Positions 22,037 to 31,866 are shown, counted from the stretch's first letter. The stretch: DNA of 64,000 bases from Wenzhouxiangella sp. (GCA_035302305.1 DATGSU010000126.1:5236-69235); one strand, 5' to 3'. Program-made: numbers and translations. The notes: generated from the letters alone by a model not told the origin.

Positions 22037-22405
22037 CTAGAGCTCGAATGCGCCGGCAATCCAGCTCAGGCGGCCGCTTTCTCCATCAAGGCCCACCACA
22101 TCAAAGCGGCAGGCAAACTCCTGCCACTGCGGATGCTCCATCAAGAAATGCTGTGCGGCGCGAATCAGGCGCTGCTGTTTGTGGAAATCGACGCTGTCAA
22201 CGCTGTCCACCCGCGCGCCCGGCCCGCGCAGGCGCACCTCGATAAAGGCCAGCACCCGGGTGTCGTGCGGGTTGGGATCGACCATGATCAGGTCAATTTC
22301 GCCGGCGCGGCAGCGGTAGTTGCGCTCAACCAGCTGCAGGCCGCGTTTGGCCAGCCAGTTTTCGGCGCGCTGCTCGCCCCGGTCGCCGGCCTGGCGGCGG
22401 CTCAT
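22037..22405 (-). CDS. yraN: YraN (UPF0102) family protein
   Basis: GEQRA, RNYRCRAGEIDLIM, FIEVR, CRFDVV; downstream of lpoA. Confidence 0.9.
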   Translation of the reverse strand: MSRRQAGDRGEQRAENWLAKRGLQLVERNYRCRAGEIDLIMVDPNPHDTRVLAFIEVRLRGPGARVDSVDSVDFHKQQRLIRAAQHFLMEHPQWQEFACRFDVVGLDGESGRLSWIAGAFEL

Positions 22406-24252
22406 TGCGCGTCTGCAGGCGCTGCGATGCCGCCCTGCAGTTCGACCACCGGCAGCTCGCGGCGAATCCGGTAACCGTCGGGCAGGCTGAGGTCGCCGAG
22501 CATGCCCGGCAGGGTCAGCACCGGGTCGGAGCGCATCATGGCAAGCCAGGGAACGAGGCTTATGGCATCGCGCCCCAGGGCGTGCATGCGCGACAGCGTG
22601 GCGCTTTCAAACCCGGCATACAGCGTGCGGGACTGCTCGTGAACATTGCCGGCGGCGGTGTAGCCAAGAAACCAGGGCGGCATGGGCAGGGTGATCCCGT
22701 TCAGGTCATCATCGCGGCCGGGAGCCGGCTTGCCGTCAACAATATAGGACGTGGACATGAGGGTGATGTTGGCGGCGTCAAAAAAGCGCAGCTGGGGCAG
22801 CAGCTGATGACCATCAGCGGGCCGGGCGCCAACAAAGATCAGGTCGATGTCGGCCCGCCGCCGGGGGCTGGATTCCACGTTGCCCAGCAGCCCGGAGAGC
22901 CGGCTGATGCGCTCTTCGGAACGGTCGATTTTCAGGGTTTCGCGCAGCAGGAATGAATAATCGGGCTGGTCGGTATCATAAAAACGCTCGGCCATGATCT
23001 GGCCGCCGCCCAGCCGGAAGGTGTCGCTGAAGGCTTTGGCCACGCGCCTGCCCCAGTCGGAATACTGATACAGCACCAAAGCCCGGCGGTGACCGGTGGC
23101 CAGGGCATGGATGGCGGCCTGCTCGGCATCGGTTTCGGGCGGCAGGGCAATGGCGGCCAGTTCGCCGCTGTCTGTTGCCAGAAGCGCCTCGTCGTCGGGC
23201 AGGTTGAGCAGCAGGGTGGGAATGACGCCGGCATCCTGCAGTTCCACCAGTGCCTGAACCTTGGGCTGGTCAAGCGGGCCGATAAGAAAGTCGCTGCCGC
23301 GTTCGCGCGCGTCAAACCAGGCCGCCACGGCCGATTCGGGCTCATCGCCCAGGTAGTCGAATACCAGCTCCGGGCGGCGGTCGGGCGGTATCTGCAGCCA
23401 GCCGGCCAGCAGACCGTTGCGCAGGGCCTCGCCCGGGCGCCTCAGCGGACTGCTGCGGTCGGGCAGCAAAACCGTAATTTGGGTCGGCATGGGCTGTGTC
23501 TGGCGCCAGGCGGCCAGCCATTGCTGCGCCTCGTCGGCGCTGTAGTCCAGCTCCGGCCAGCGCGCCTGCCAGGAAGACAGGGCACGGGCCAGCGCCGGGT
23601 CGTTAAGCAGGTTTTCGCGCGCCGCAATGGCCAGGTCCAGCCACGGCAGCAGCTCCGGTCTGTCGCCGGCATATTGCATGGAACCCTGCAGCTGGGCAGC
23701 CGGAAACTCGATCAGCAGGGCCAGCGCAAGCTCGCCGCCGAAGCCGGGCTCATCAAGCGCCTGGTCAAGCGCGTCAATGGCTTCCTCCACAGGCGCCGAC
23801 TGCAGCTGTGCCAGCCGCAGCTCAAGCGCCTCATGCCGGCCTTCAAGGTCGCGCGGAAGATGGCCGGACACGCTGGCCAGCAGCCAGCCGGCGTTGGCAA
23901 AATCCTCGTGCAGCATGGCCAGCTCGGCCTGGGCAAGATCAAACCGCGTCAAATCGTGCCCGTCAAGAACGGAGGGGTCGATGTGGGCCAGCGCCTGTTC
24001 AGCCTGCTCCGGGTTCATGTCCTGCAGCCAGGCTTCAGCCGCCAGAATATAAAGTTCATCGGCATCCAGCGGCCGGGTCAGCGCCGCCTGCTCCCAGGCC
24101 AGGGCCGCCCGCCGGTAGCTGCCATCGGAAAAAAGCTGTTCGGCCCGTTCCAGTTCGGTGTCCGCATCCTTTTCCGGCCACACCCGGGGCTCCACGGCCG
24201 CACAGGCGGCAAGAAGCGCGGCCAAGCTCAAGCTCAACAGTGTTCTTTTCAT
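22402..24252 (-). CDS. lpoA: Penicillin-binding protein activator LpoA (LppC family lipoprotein)
   Basis: Lipobox LAAC, TPR-like N-domain, IGPL and RMHALGRDA in periplasmic-binding-like C-domain; synteny with yraN. Confidence 0.85.
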   Translation of the reverse strand: MKRTLLSLSLAALLAACAAVEPRVWPEKDADTELERAEQLFSDGSYRRAALAWEQAALTRPLDADELYILAAEAWLQDMNPEQAEQALAHIDPSVLDGHDLTRFDLAQAELAMLHEDFANAGWLLASVSGHLPRDLEGRHEALELRLAQLQSAPVEEAIDALDQALDEPGFGGELALALLIEFPAAQLQGSMQYAGDRPELLPWLDLAIAARENLLNDPALARALSSWQARWPELDYSADEAQQWLAAWRQTQPMPTQITVLLPDRSSPLRRPGEALRNGLLAGWLQIPPDRRPELVFDYLGDEPESAVAAWFDARERGSDFLIGPLDQPKVQALVELQDAGVIPTLLLNLPDDEALLATDSGELAAIALPPETDAEQAAIHALATGHRRALVLYQYSDWGRRVAKAFSDTFRLGGGQIMAERFYDTDQPDYSFLLRETLKIDRSEERISRLSGLLGNVESSPRRRADIDLIFVGARPADGHQLLPQLRFFDAANITLMSTSYIVDGKPAPGRDDDLNGITLPMPPWFLGYTAAGNVHEQSRTLYAGFESATLSRMHALGRDAISLVPWLAMMRSDPVLTLPGMLGDLSLPDGYRIRRELPVVELQGGIAAPADAQ

Positions 24253-24363
24253 GCGGTAATAGTAAACCACGCGTGCGCAGGGTTGACCAAGGCATTCATG
24301 ATGCCGGAGCAAAATTCTGGCATGATTCACCCTGGCTTGATGCAATGACAACGAGAATGAATT

Positions 24364-26454
24364 ATGAAGAAATCATTTTTGCTGGCGCTGGCCGCCGGTT
24401 TGAGCCTGTCCTTGACTGCCATGGCAGATACTGATCCGTGGCTGTGGCTCGAGCAGGTCGAAGGCGCCAATGCGCTGGCCTGGGCCCAGGGACAAAACGA
24501 GCGTTCACTGAATGAAATCAAGGCGCACCCACAGTTTGAGCCTGTTCATGACCGGGCGCTTGAAATCCTGACTTCCGACGAGCGCATTGACTACCCGAGC
24601 CTGCTTGATGGCGAAGTCTACAACTTCTGGCGCGATGACAGACACGTGCGCGGCATATGGCGCAAAACCAGCCTTGAAAGCTACAGCACCGGCCGGCCCG
24701 ACTGGGATGTCATCATTGACCTTGACGAGCTGGCCGACAGGGAAGGCAAGAACTGGGTGTGGGCCGGGGCCAGCTGTCGCCATCCCGATTACGATCGCTG
24801 CATTGTCAGCCTTTCAATCGGCGGCGCCGATGCCGCCGTCAGCCGCGAATTTGATTTGAGCACGCGTGAATTTGTCGAAGACGGCTTTGCTCTCGATGAG
24901 TCAAAAAGCGCCCTGTCGTGGCGCGATCTGGACAGCGCCTTTGTCGGCCCCGCCTTTGAAGATGGCGATGTGACCGATTCGGGCTATCCGCGCACTGTCC
25001 GGCTCTGGCGTCGCGGCACCGATCTGTCCGAGGCGGCTACGGTGTTTGAAGGCGAAAGGAGCGACGTTGCGGTTCGCGGCATGCGCATCCACGATGGCGA
25101 TGAGCATTTCGATGTCATCGTGCGCTCGCCGGGCTTTTTCACCCGCGAGTACTATCTGTATGCCGATGACCAGGCGCAGCGCATCCATGTGCCCGATGAT
25201 GCGCAGCTGGTCGGCGTGATTGACGGACAGCTGCTGATTGCGCTCAAGTCCGACTGGACCGTAAAGGGCCAGACCTATCCCCAGGGCGCGCTGATAACCA
25301 GCGATCTGAGCGAGTTTCTGAACCCGGAGCCGTCTTTTGAGGTGCTGCTGCAGCCAGGCGAGCGCCAGGCGGTCAACGGCGTGTCAACCACCGAAAACGT
25401 GGTTTTGGTCAACCTGCTTGACAACGTCCGCGGGCGGCTGCTGAGCTTTGTCCACGATAAGGACGGCTGGCACCAGAGCGAAATTGCGGTGCCCGAAATG
25501 GGCAGCGTGGGCGTGGTCTCGACCGACGACAAATCGGATCGCTTCTTTTACACGTTTACCGGTTTTCTGACGCCTGCAACCCTGTATGAGGCCGACGCGG
25601 CCAGCGGCAGCAGCACAAGGGTGCGCGCCGAACCCGCCTGGTTTGATTCCGCAGGCATGGACGTGGTCCAGCACGAGGCCAAATCGGCCGATGGCGAGAT
25701 GATTCCCTACTTTGTGGTGACCCCGCGCAACTTCGAGGCCGACGGCAGCAACCCCACCCTGCTGACCGCCTATGGCGGCTTTGAAATTGCCCGCACGCCT
25801 TATTATTCCGGCGTCACCGGCAGCGCCTGGCTCGAGCAGGGTGGCGTGCTGGTGCTGGCCAATATTCGCGGCGGTGGCGAATTCGGGCCGCGCTGGCATC
25901 ATGCCGCGCTCAAGGAGAACCGCCAGCGCGCCTATGACGACCTCATTGCCGTATCCGAGGATCTCATCGCGCGCAAGATCACCTCTCCGCAGCATTTGGG
26001 CATTCAGGGCGGCTCCAACGGCGGGCTGCTGGTGGGTGCGGTCATGGTTCAGCGTCCCGACCTGTTCAACGCCGTGGTTTGCCAGGTGCCGCTGCTTGAC
26101 ATGAAGCGTTTCCACAAGCTGCTGGCCGGCGCCAGCTGGATGGGCGAGTACGGCAACCCCGACGACCCCGATCAGTGGGCATACATCAGCAAATACTCGC
26201 CCTATCAGAACGTTCGCGAGGACGCCGAATATCCGCGCGCATTCTTTACCACTTCAACCCGCGACGACCGGGTGCACCCGGGACATGCGCGCAAGATGGT
26301 GGCCAAAATGCTTGACCAGGGCCACGATGTTCTTTACTACGAAAACATCGAGGGTGGCCACGGCGGCGCAGCCAACCTCAAGCAGCAGGCCTTTCTTTCA
26401 GGACTGGTCTATGCCTACCTGCACGAGCGGCTGGGCCCGGCTGACGAGAGCTGA
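24364..26454 (+). CDS. Secreted prolyl oligopeptidase (S9A)
   Basis: Signal peptide; DPWLWLE, YGGF, GGSNGG, DDRVHP, GGH catalytic triad motifs. Confidence 0.93.
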   Translation: MKKSFLLALAAGLSLSLTAMADTDPWLWLEQVEGANALAWAQGQNERSLNEIKAHPQFEPVHDRALEILTSDERIDYPSLLDGEVYNFWRDDRHVRGIWRKTSLESYSTGRPDWDVIIDLDELADREGKNWVWAGASCRHPDYDRCIVSLSIGGADAAVSREFDLSTREFVEDGFALDESKSALSWRDLDSAFVGPAFEDGDVTDSGYPRTVRLWRRGTDLSEAATVFEGERSDVAVRGMRIHDGDEHFDVIVRSPGFFTREYYLYADDQAQRIHVPDDAQLVGVIDGQLLIALKSDWTVKGQTYPQGALITSDLSEFLNPEPSFEVLLQPGERQAVNGVSTTENVVLVNLLDNVRGRLLSFVHDKDGWHQSEIAVPEMGSVGVVSTDDKSDRFFYTFTGFLTPATLYEADAASGSSTRVRAEPAWFDSAGMDVVQHEAKSADGEMIPYFVVTPRNFEADGSNPTLLTAYGGFEIARTPYYSGVTGSAWLEQGGVLVLANIRGGGEFGPRWHHAALKENRQRAYDDLIAVSEDLIARKITSPQHLGIQGGSNGGLLVGAVMVQRPDLFNAVVCQVPLLDMKRFHKLLAGASWMGEYGNPDDPDQWAYISKYSPYQNVREDAEYPRAFFTTSTRDDRVHPGHARKMVAKMLDQGHDVLYYENIEGGHGGAANLKQQAFLSGLVYAYLHERLGPADES

Positions 26455-26507
26455 AAACAGCACTTGTTTCAGGCAGCAGCCAGTGATTCCGCCGGCCCTG
26501 GCGGTAC

Positions 26508-26542
26508 AGAATGCCCGGCCCGGTTCCGGGCATTCTTTATTT
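26508..26542 (+). terminator. Intrinsic terminator after S9 peptidase
   Basis: AGAATGCCCGG/CCGGGCATTCT stem followed by TTATTT. Confidence 0.65.
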
Positions 26543-26551
26543 AAAAAGCCC

Positions 26552-26580
26552 GGAACTTTGGTGCCGTAAACAGGGTCATA
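26552..26580 (+). promoter_or_regulatory. SigmaE-type promoter of rpoH
   Basis: GGAACTT-16 nt-GTCATA; sigmaE control of rpoH is conserved in Gammaproteobacteria. Confidence 0.7.
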
Positions 26581-26619
26581 GCTGGCGTGCAATCGAATTG
26601 GTACCAAATTGCTACTGAT

Positions 26620-26648
26620 TTGTTTGAATGGTGCCGTTTTGATATAAT
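26620..26648 (+). promoter_or_regulatory. Putative sigma70 extended -10 promoter of rpoH
   Basis: TTGTTT-17 nt-TATAAT with TGn immediately upstream of the -10. Confidence 0.5.
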
Positions 26649-26675
26649 TTGTCAATGGACAAGGAGGAAATCCGA

Positions 26676-27533
26676 ATGAGCAAGGAGCTCGTACCCTCAC
26701 ATCTTTTGGCGCCAGCCGGAACCGGTTCCCTTGACGAGTACATGCAAGAGGTCAACCGCATTCCCATTCTTACCCTGGAACAGGAGCAGAGCCTGGCCCG
26801 CCGCTATCGCGATGAGGAGGATCTTGAGGCGGCCCGCCGGCTGGTCATGGCGCATCTGCGCTTTGTGGTGCACGTGGCGCGCGGCTATTCCGGCTACGGG
26901 CTGCAGGTGGCCGACCTGATCCAGGAAGGCAACATCGGCCTGATGAAGGCCGTCAAGCGCTTCGACCCCGACCGTGGCGTGCGCCTGGTGTCGTTTGCGG
27001 TGCACTGGATTCGCGCCGAGATCCACGAGTTTGTCCTGCGCAACTGGCGCATCGTCAAGGTGGCCACCACCAAGGCCCAGCGCAAGCTGTTCTTCAACCT
27101 GCGCCGCCAGAAAAAAAGCCTGGGCTGGCTCAATCTGGACGAAGTCAACGCCGTGGCCGAGCATCTGGACGTCAAGCCGGAAGTGGTTGTGGAAATGGAG
27201 TCGCGCCTGTCGGGCCGCGATATCGGCTTTGACATGTCGAACGATGACGACGACTCAAACTATGTTGCCCCCGAAGCCTGGCTGCAGGGCATTTCAGCCG
27301 CGCCGGATGAAGTGGCCGAAGCCGAAGACTGGGAGGAGCATCATCACAACCTGTTGTTTGACGGGATTGAAAACCTTGATGACCGCTCGCGCGACATTAT
27401 CCAGAGCCGCTGGCTGATGGATCCGCGCACCACGCTGCAAACCCTGGCCGACAAGTACGACATTTCCGCCGAGCGCGTGCGTCAGCTCGAAGCAGCTGCG
27501 CTCAAAAAGCTCAAGGCACGTTTCGAGGCCTAG
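26676..27533 (+). CDS. rpoH: RNA polymerase sigma-32 factor
   Basis: [14 protein letters not shown] and RpoH box QRKLFFNLR; RBS AGGAGG. Confidence 0.98.
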   Translation: MSKELVPSHLLAPAGTGSLDEYMQEVNRIPILTLEQEQSLARRYRDEEDLEAARRLVMAHLRFVVHVARGYSGYGLQVADLIQEGNIGLMKAVKRFDPDRGVRLVSFAVHWIRAEIHEFVLRNWRIVKVATTKAQRKLFFNLRRQKKSLGWLNLDEVNAVAEHLDVKPEVVVEMESRLSGRDIGFDMSNDDDDSNYVAPEAWLQGISAAPDEVAEAEDWEEHHHNLLFDGIENLDDRSRDIIQSRWLMDPRTTLQTLADKYDISAERVRQLEAAALKKLKARFEA

Positions 27534-27560
27534 CAAAAACACACATTCTGACCTTTGTCC

Positions 27561-27588
27561 AAAAGGGAGCCGCTGCGCTCCCTTTTTT
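27561..27588 (+). terminator. Intrinsic terminator after rpoH
   Basis: AAAAGGGAGC-cgctgc-GCTCCCTTTTTT. Confidence 0.85.
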
Positions 27589-28037
27589 GCTGCATTGCCC
27601 ATTTCTGGCAATACGCGGCTTAACGCAACCTAGCTTGCCGCCTTGTTCGAATGCCCTGTGTTAACGCCCTGCACTGTCGGCCGGGCTGGGCAGCCGGGCC
27701 GCTGATTATCTTCGGTTTAAGCCCGCCTTTTCTTCAAGCAGCAAGCCAGGGTCAACAAACCAGGCTCAGGCACAAGTGAACCAGGAACGCTTTGAGCTCC
27801 CTTTTATAAAGCGTAATTTATGCTTCTTTGCGGGCAGAAGCCCTTGACATTGCTTGCTTTTTGTGGTTTTGTGTGAAGCGTATCCCAAGAGTGCGCCAGG
27901 CTTGTCGGATGGGGCGGCTGGCTGTGGTTGCGAGAGGCGTTTTGTTGCCGAGGGTGACCATCAGCGCCGGGTCATGATGACGGGCGCTGTGATGGGCGGC
28001 AGCGGGTAACTGAACTTGATGAAAAGCAGGGAGCTTA

Positions 28038-29741
28038 ATGAGCATGAAAAAAGTTGTACTGACAGCCGCACTTGCAGTCTTGATGCTGGTATCAGCAAGT
28101 GCAAGTGCACAGACGGCGCATTACATGGTTTTCGAGGTTGATGAGAGCGGCCGGATCGAGCCTGTTTTTTATCAGCTGGTTGAAATGCAGGCCCCAGCGG
28201 ATCCGGCACGTGACTTGCCTGTGCAACAAGCTGACACAGATGGCGAAATTGTGAAGTATGAGCTGTACCTTGATGGAAAAAGCCAGGGTTTTTCTTATGC
28301 AAAGCTGCCGCGGATGAGAGGTGAGTTTGCCAAAGAGCCAGGCGTGGATGATCGAATTCAGTCAGTCCAGCCTGGCCGGTCCGGAGCAGGGGCATTTGTA
28401 ATCAGGGTTGCGGTGGATACAGCTGACACCATCCGGTTTGAGCATGGGCCACAGCCACAAACATATTCCATAGAATCTGTTGCTGCCCAGCGCGCCATGT
28501 TGCGTGAGGCTGCCACGGTGCCGTTCGATATCGGGTTGCCGGCAGAGCATGGCCCGCCGGGCAATCGCGTGGATTTGCTGGTGCTTGGTGACGGATATAC
28601 AGGCACGCAGAAGACGTCGTTCGAAAACGATGCCGCTAATTTGAAAAATGCACTTTTTGCATTCCCTCCATACAGGGAGTATCGAAACTTCGTAAACTGG
28701 GTGACTCTTTTTTCGCCCTCAAGCCAGTCCGGAGCCAGTCATCCGCCCTATCAGCCAAATTGCACCAGTGCCAGCTGCTGCAGCGATCCGGATGCTCAAT
28801 CAGATCCATTTGCGGGACGCTTTACACAAACCGCTTTTGACAGCACTTTTTGCACCAATCAGATTCATCGCCTGCTTACGGTCAATCAGTCAAAGGTTCT
28901 TGCAGCCGCTGCCGGATATCCGGACTGGGATCAGATTTTGGTGCTTGTCAATGATGAAGTGTACGGCGGTTCGGGCGGCTTTTTGTCAGTTACATCAACC
29001 AATCAGTATGCCGACCAGATAGTTCTGCACGAGCTTGGCCACAGCTTTAGCGGTTTGGCTGATGAATATGATACGCCCTATCCAGGATTACCGCCGTGCA
29101 GCGACACGGCGGGCGGCTCTCCGTGCGAGCCCAATGTGACCAACCAGACATCGCGCTCACAGATCAAGTGGGCGAGCTGGATCTCACCCGGAACTGCTGT
29201 TCCAACGCCGCCGGGGACCCCCGGGGTGGGGCTGTTTGAGGGAGCGCGCTACCAAAGTACCGGCATGTACCGCCCGGTGGACCAGTGCCAGATGCGTCAG
29301 CTGGGTGTTCCGTTTTGTCCGGTCTGCCGCGAACAGTACATTCGCAGGCTGTATACAGGTGGCTGGGGCACGCCGCAGGACGGCATAGACCTGATTGAGC
29401 CGGGCAGTGAGCAGCCAGCCCCCGAGGCTCCGGTTCAGTACACTGTGGGTACAAGCATTTCATTTACGGTTGATCTGTTGTGGCCACAGGAAAGCGATCT
29501 TGACATTGAGTGGCTTCTGGATGGTGTGCCGGTAACAGGTTCCTGGACCGAAAGCTTCACCTTCAGCCAGGATACGCCCTGGCCAGAGCAGCGTACGCTG
29601 GAGCTGCGCGTTCGCGATGCCGATACCAATGGGTATCTGTCCGACCCGGTAAGTGCTGGCCTGCCGCCGCACCAGCGGACGTGGACAATTGAAGTTGCTG
29701 GTGAGCTTCCCGACGAGGTTTTTCATGATCGTTTTCAATAA
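28038..29741 (+). CDS. Secreted M64 (IgA-peptidase family) metallopeptidase with C-terminal Ig-like region
   Basis: Signal peptide; LGDGYT, YGGSGG, HELGHSFSGLADEY, FEGA...YRP...C.M...FCPVC. Confidence 0.88.
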   Translation: MSMKKVVLTAALAVLMLVSASASAQTAHYMVFEVDESGRIEPVFYQLVEMQAPADPARDLPVQQADTDGEIVKYELYLDGKSQGFSYAKLPRMRGEFAKEPGVDDRIQSVQPGRSGAGAFVIRVAVDTADTIRFEHGPQPQTYSIESVAAQRAMLREAATVPFDIGLPAEHGPPGNRVDLLVLGDGYTGTQKTSFENDAANLKNALFAFPPYREYRNFVNWVTLFSPSSQSGASHPPYQPNCTSASCCSDPDAQSDPFAGRFTQTAFDSTFCTNQIHRLLTVNQSKVLAAAAGYPDWDQILVLVNDEVYGGSGGFLSVTSTNQYADQIVLHELGHSFSGLADEYDTPYPGLPPCSDTAGGSPCEPNVTNQTSRSQIKWASWISPGTAVPTPPGTPGVGLFEGARYQSTGMYRPVDQCQMRQLGVPFCPVCREQYIRRLYTGGWGTPQDGIDLIEPGSEQPAPEAPVQYTVGTSISFTVDLLWPQESDLDIEWLLDGVPVTGSWTESFTFSQDTPWPEQRTLELRVRDADTNGYLSDPVSAGLPPHQRTWTIEVAGELPDEVFHDRFQ

Positions 29742-29774
29742 GCGGTTTTCCGCTTCACGGCATTAAACGCTTAA

Positions 29775-29802
29775 TGGCCCGGCAGCTCGCGTTGCCGGGC
29801 CA
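29775..29802. terminator. Hairpin between convergent M64 and murB
   Basis: TGGCCCGGCA/TGCCGGGCCA 10-bp inverted repeat. Confidence 0.55.
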
Positions 29803-29804
29803 GT

Positions 29805-30842
29805 TTATTCACAGGTCTGATGGCCAGGCAGTGATGGCTCCGGCTCGAGCTTTATGCCAAATCCATGCCAGACCGAAGCCTGAATGGCTGCAACCAGTTT
29901 TACAAGCGCACTGCCGCTGGCGCCGCCGTGGTTGACCAGCACCAGGGCGTGGTTTTTATACACGCCAACCTGGCCCATGCGGCGCCCTTTCCAGCCCAGT
30001 TGTTCAATCATCCAGCCGGCGGCCAGCTTTATTTTTCCGTCTGCCTGCGGCCAGTGGGGCAGGGCGGGGTGTTTGTCAAGAATTTCCAGCGCCTGCTTGC
30101 GTTCGACCAGCGGATTTTTGAAAAAGCTGCCGGCATTGGGCAGGCGGGCCGGGTCGGGCAGCCGGTGGCGTCGCAGGCGCATGACGGCAGCGGCCAGCTG
30201 GCGCGCTGTGGGGTTTTGTATGCCCTGTTTGTGCAGCGCATTGGCCAGGCTGGCGTAGCCGGTATTGGGTCGGAAGCTTGTGGACAGGCGCAGGGTCACG
30301 GAGCAAATGATGAAGCGGTTGGGGCAGCGTGACTTGAACAGGCTGTCGCGGTAGGAAAACCGGCAGTCGGGCCCGCTCAGCGTGACAAACTCTCTTTCCT
30401 GCAGGTCGAAGGCCCGCAGCCTTTCGAACACATCGGCCAGCTCAACCCCGTAGGCGCCGATGTTTTGCACCGGTGCAGCGCCCACGGAGCCGGGGATCAT
30501 GATCAGGTTTTCGATGCCGTGCAGCTGTTCATCAAGGCAGCGGCGCACCAGTGCATGCCAGTTTTCTCCGGCGCCGGCGGTGACCAGCACGCTGTCGCCG
30601 GATTGGGAAAATTCAACCCCGCGGATGCGATTGAGCAGGATGCAGCCCGGGTAGTCGCCCACAAAGACGGTGTTGGAGCCTTCGCCCAGCAGACGCATGG
30701 GTGGCTGGTCCGGCGGCAGGGCGGTGAGCTGTTGGGGGTGGCTGATGCGCACCAGCCGGGCGGCGGTGGCCGGCAGTGAAAATGTGTTCAGCCCCGTCAG
30801 GTCGGCCCCGAAAACGGGTTTCGGCTCAGGCGGTTTCGGCAC
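29805..30842 (-). CDS. murB: UDP-N-acetylenolpyruvoylglucosamine reductase
   Basis: LNTF, GEGSN, IPGSVGAAPVQNIGAYG, NAGSFFKNP, HALVLVN; GTG start inferred overlapping pyrD end. Confidence 0.93.
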   Translation of the reverse strand: MPKPPEPKPVFGADLTGLNTFSLPATAARLVRISHPQQLTALPPDQPPMRLLGEGSNTVFVGDYPGCILLNRIRGVEFSQSGDSVLVTAGAGENWHALVRRCLDEQLHGIENLIMIPGSVGAAPVQNIGAYGVELADVFERLRAFDLQEREFVTLSGPDCRFSYRDSLFKSRCPNRFIICSVTLRLSTSFRPNTGYASLANALHKQGIQNPTARQLAAAVMRLRRHRLPDPARLPNAGSFFKNPLVERKQALEILDKHPALPHWPQADGKIKLAAGWMIEQLGWKGRRMGQVGVYKNHALVLVNHGGASGSALVKLVAAIQASVWHGFGIKLEPEPSLPGHQTCE

Positions 30843-31866
30843 GGCTTTTGGCGGGCTTGCTCCACGCCTTTGCGCATTGTCCGACAAGGGCCGGGCCGCG
30901 ATAGACAAAGCCGGTGTAGATCTGTACAAGATCGGCGCCGGCCTGCTGCTTGTCGACGGCGTCCTGCGCCTGCATGATGCCGCCCACTCCGATGATGGGA
31001 AAGTCGGGGCCCAGCGTGCGCCGGGCCGCAACCAGAACCTGATCTGCCATGGCCTTGAGCGGCGCACCGCTGAGACCACCGACTTCAGTGGCGTGGGCGT
31101 GGCCGCTGATTGCCGAGCGATCCACGGTGGTGTTGGTGGCCAGCAGTCCGTCTATGCCCGATTCGGCAATGACCCTGAGCGAGGCGCTGAGGGCCTGCGC
31201 GTTCCAGTCGGGCGCGATCTTGACCAGCAGCGGGCGCTGCCTGCCGTGCTCTGCCGCCAGCCGGTTGCGAATGGCCACCAGCTCGGTCAGCAGCTCGCGC
31301 AGCGGGCCGGTGTCCTGCAGCTCGCGCAGGTTGGCGGTGTTGGGCGACGAGACATTGATCGTAACGTAGTCGCAGTGCGGATAGACGCGCTTTAGGCAGT
31401 GGCTGTAGTCTCCCGGCGCTTCATCCACCGGCGTTTCCTTCTGCTTGCCGATGTTGGCGCCGACAATGCCCTTGAAACGGCGCCTTGCCAGGTTGGCAAC
31501 CAGGTGGTCGACGCCCTTGTTGTTGAAACCCAGCCGGTTGATGATGGCCTGGTGCTCGGGCAGCCTGAACATGCGCGGCCGCGCGTTGCCGGCCTGTGGT
31601 TTTGGCGTAACGGTGCCGACCTCGATAAAGCCGAAGCCAAGCCCGCCGAGCGCATCGATATAGTCGCCGTTCTTGTCCAGGCCGGCCGCCAGCCCGACGG
31701 GGTTGGGAAATTCCAGCCCCATGAGGCTGACCGGCCGGGCAGGCGGGCGTCCGGCCATGAGCCGGGGCAGCCCAACGAGCCGCCCGGCGCACAGCGATTT
31801 GAGCGCCACTTCATGCGCCGCCTCGGGCGGCAGCATGAACAGGCCTTTTCTGAGCCAGCCGTACAT
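30826..31866 (-). CDS. pyrD: Dihydroorotate dehydrogenase (quinone)
   Basis: NPVGLAAGLDKNG, INRLGFNN, NVSSPNT, GGLSGAP. Confidence 0.97.
   Translation of the reverse strand: MYGWLRKGLFMLPPEAAHEVALKSLCAGRLVGLPRLMAGRPPARPVSLMGLEFPNPVGLAAGLDKNGDYIDALGGLGFGFIEVGTVTPKPQAGNARPRMFRLPEHQAIINRLGFNNKGVDHLVANLARRRFKGIVGANIGKQKETPVDEAPGDYSHCLKRVYPHCDYVTINVSSPNTANLRELQDTGPLRELLTELVAIRNRLAAEHGRQRPLLVKIAPDWNAQALSASLRVIAESGIDGLLATNTTVDRSAISGHAHATEVGGLSGAPLKAMADQVLVAARRTLGPDFPIIGVGGIMQAQDAVDKQQAGADLVQIYTGFVYRGPALVGQCAKAWSKPAKSRAETA

Noticed and set aside
26599-26613. Sigma54-like TGGTAC...TTGCT upstream of rpoH
   Set aside because: GG-to-GC spacing is 9 nt, whereas sigma54 requires 10
27818-28045. 75-aa minus-strand ORF in the rpoH-M64 spacer
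   Set aside because: No motif, and it overlaps the M64 start; likely spurious
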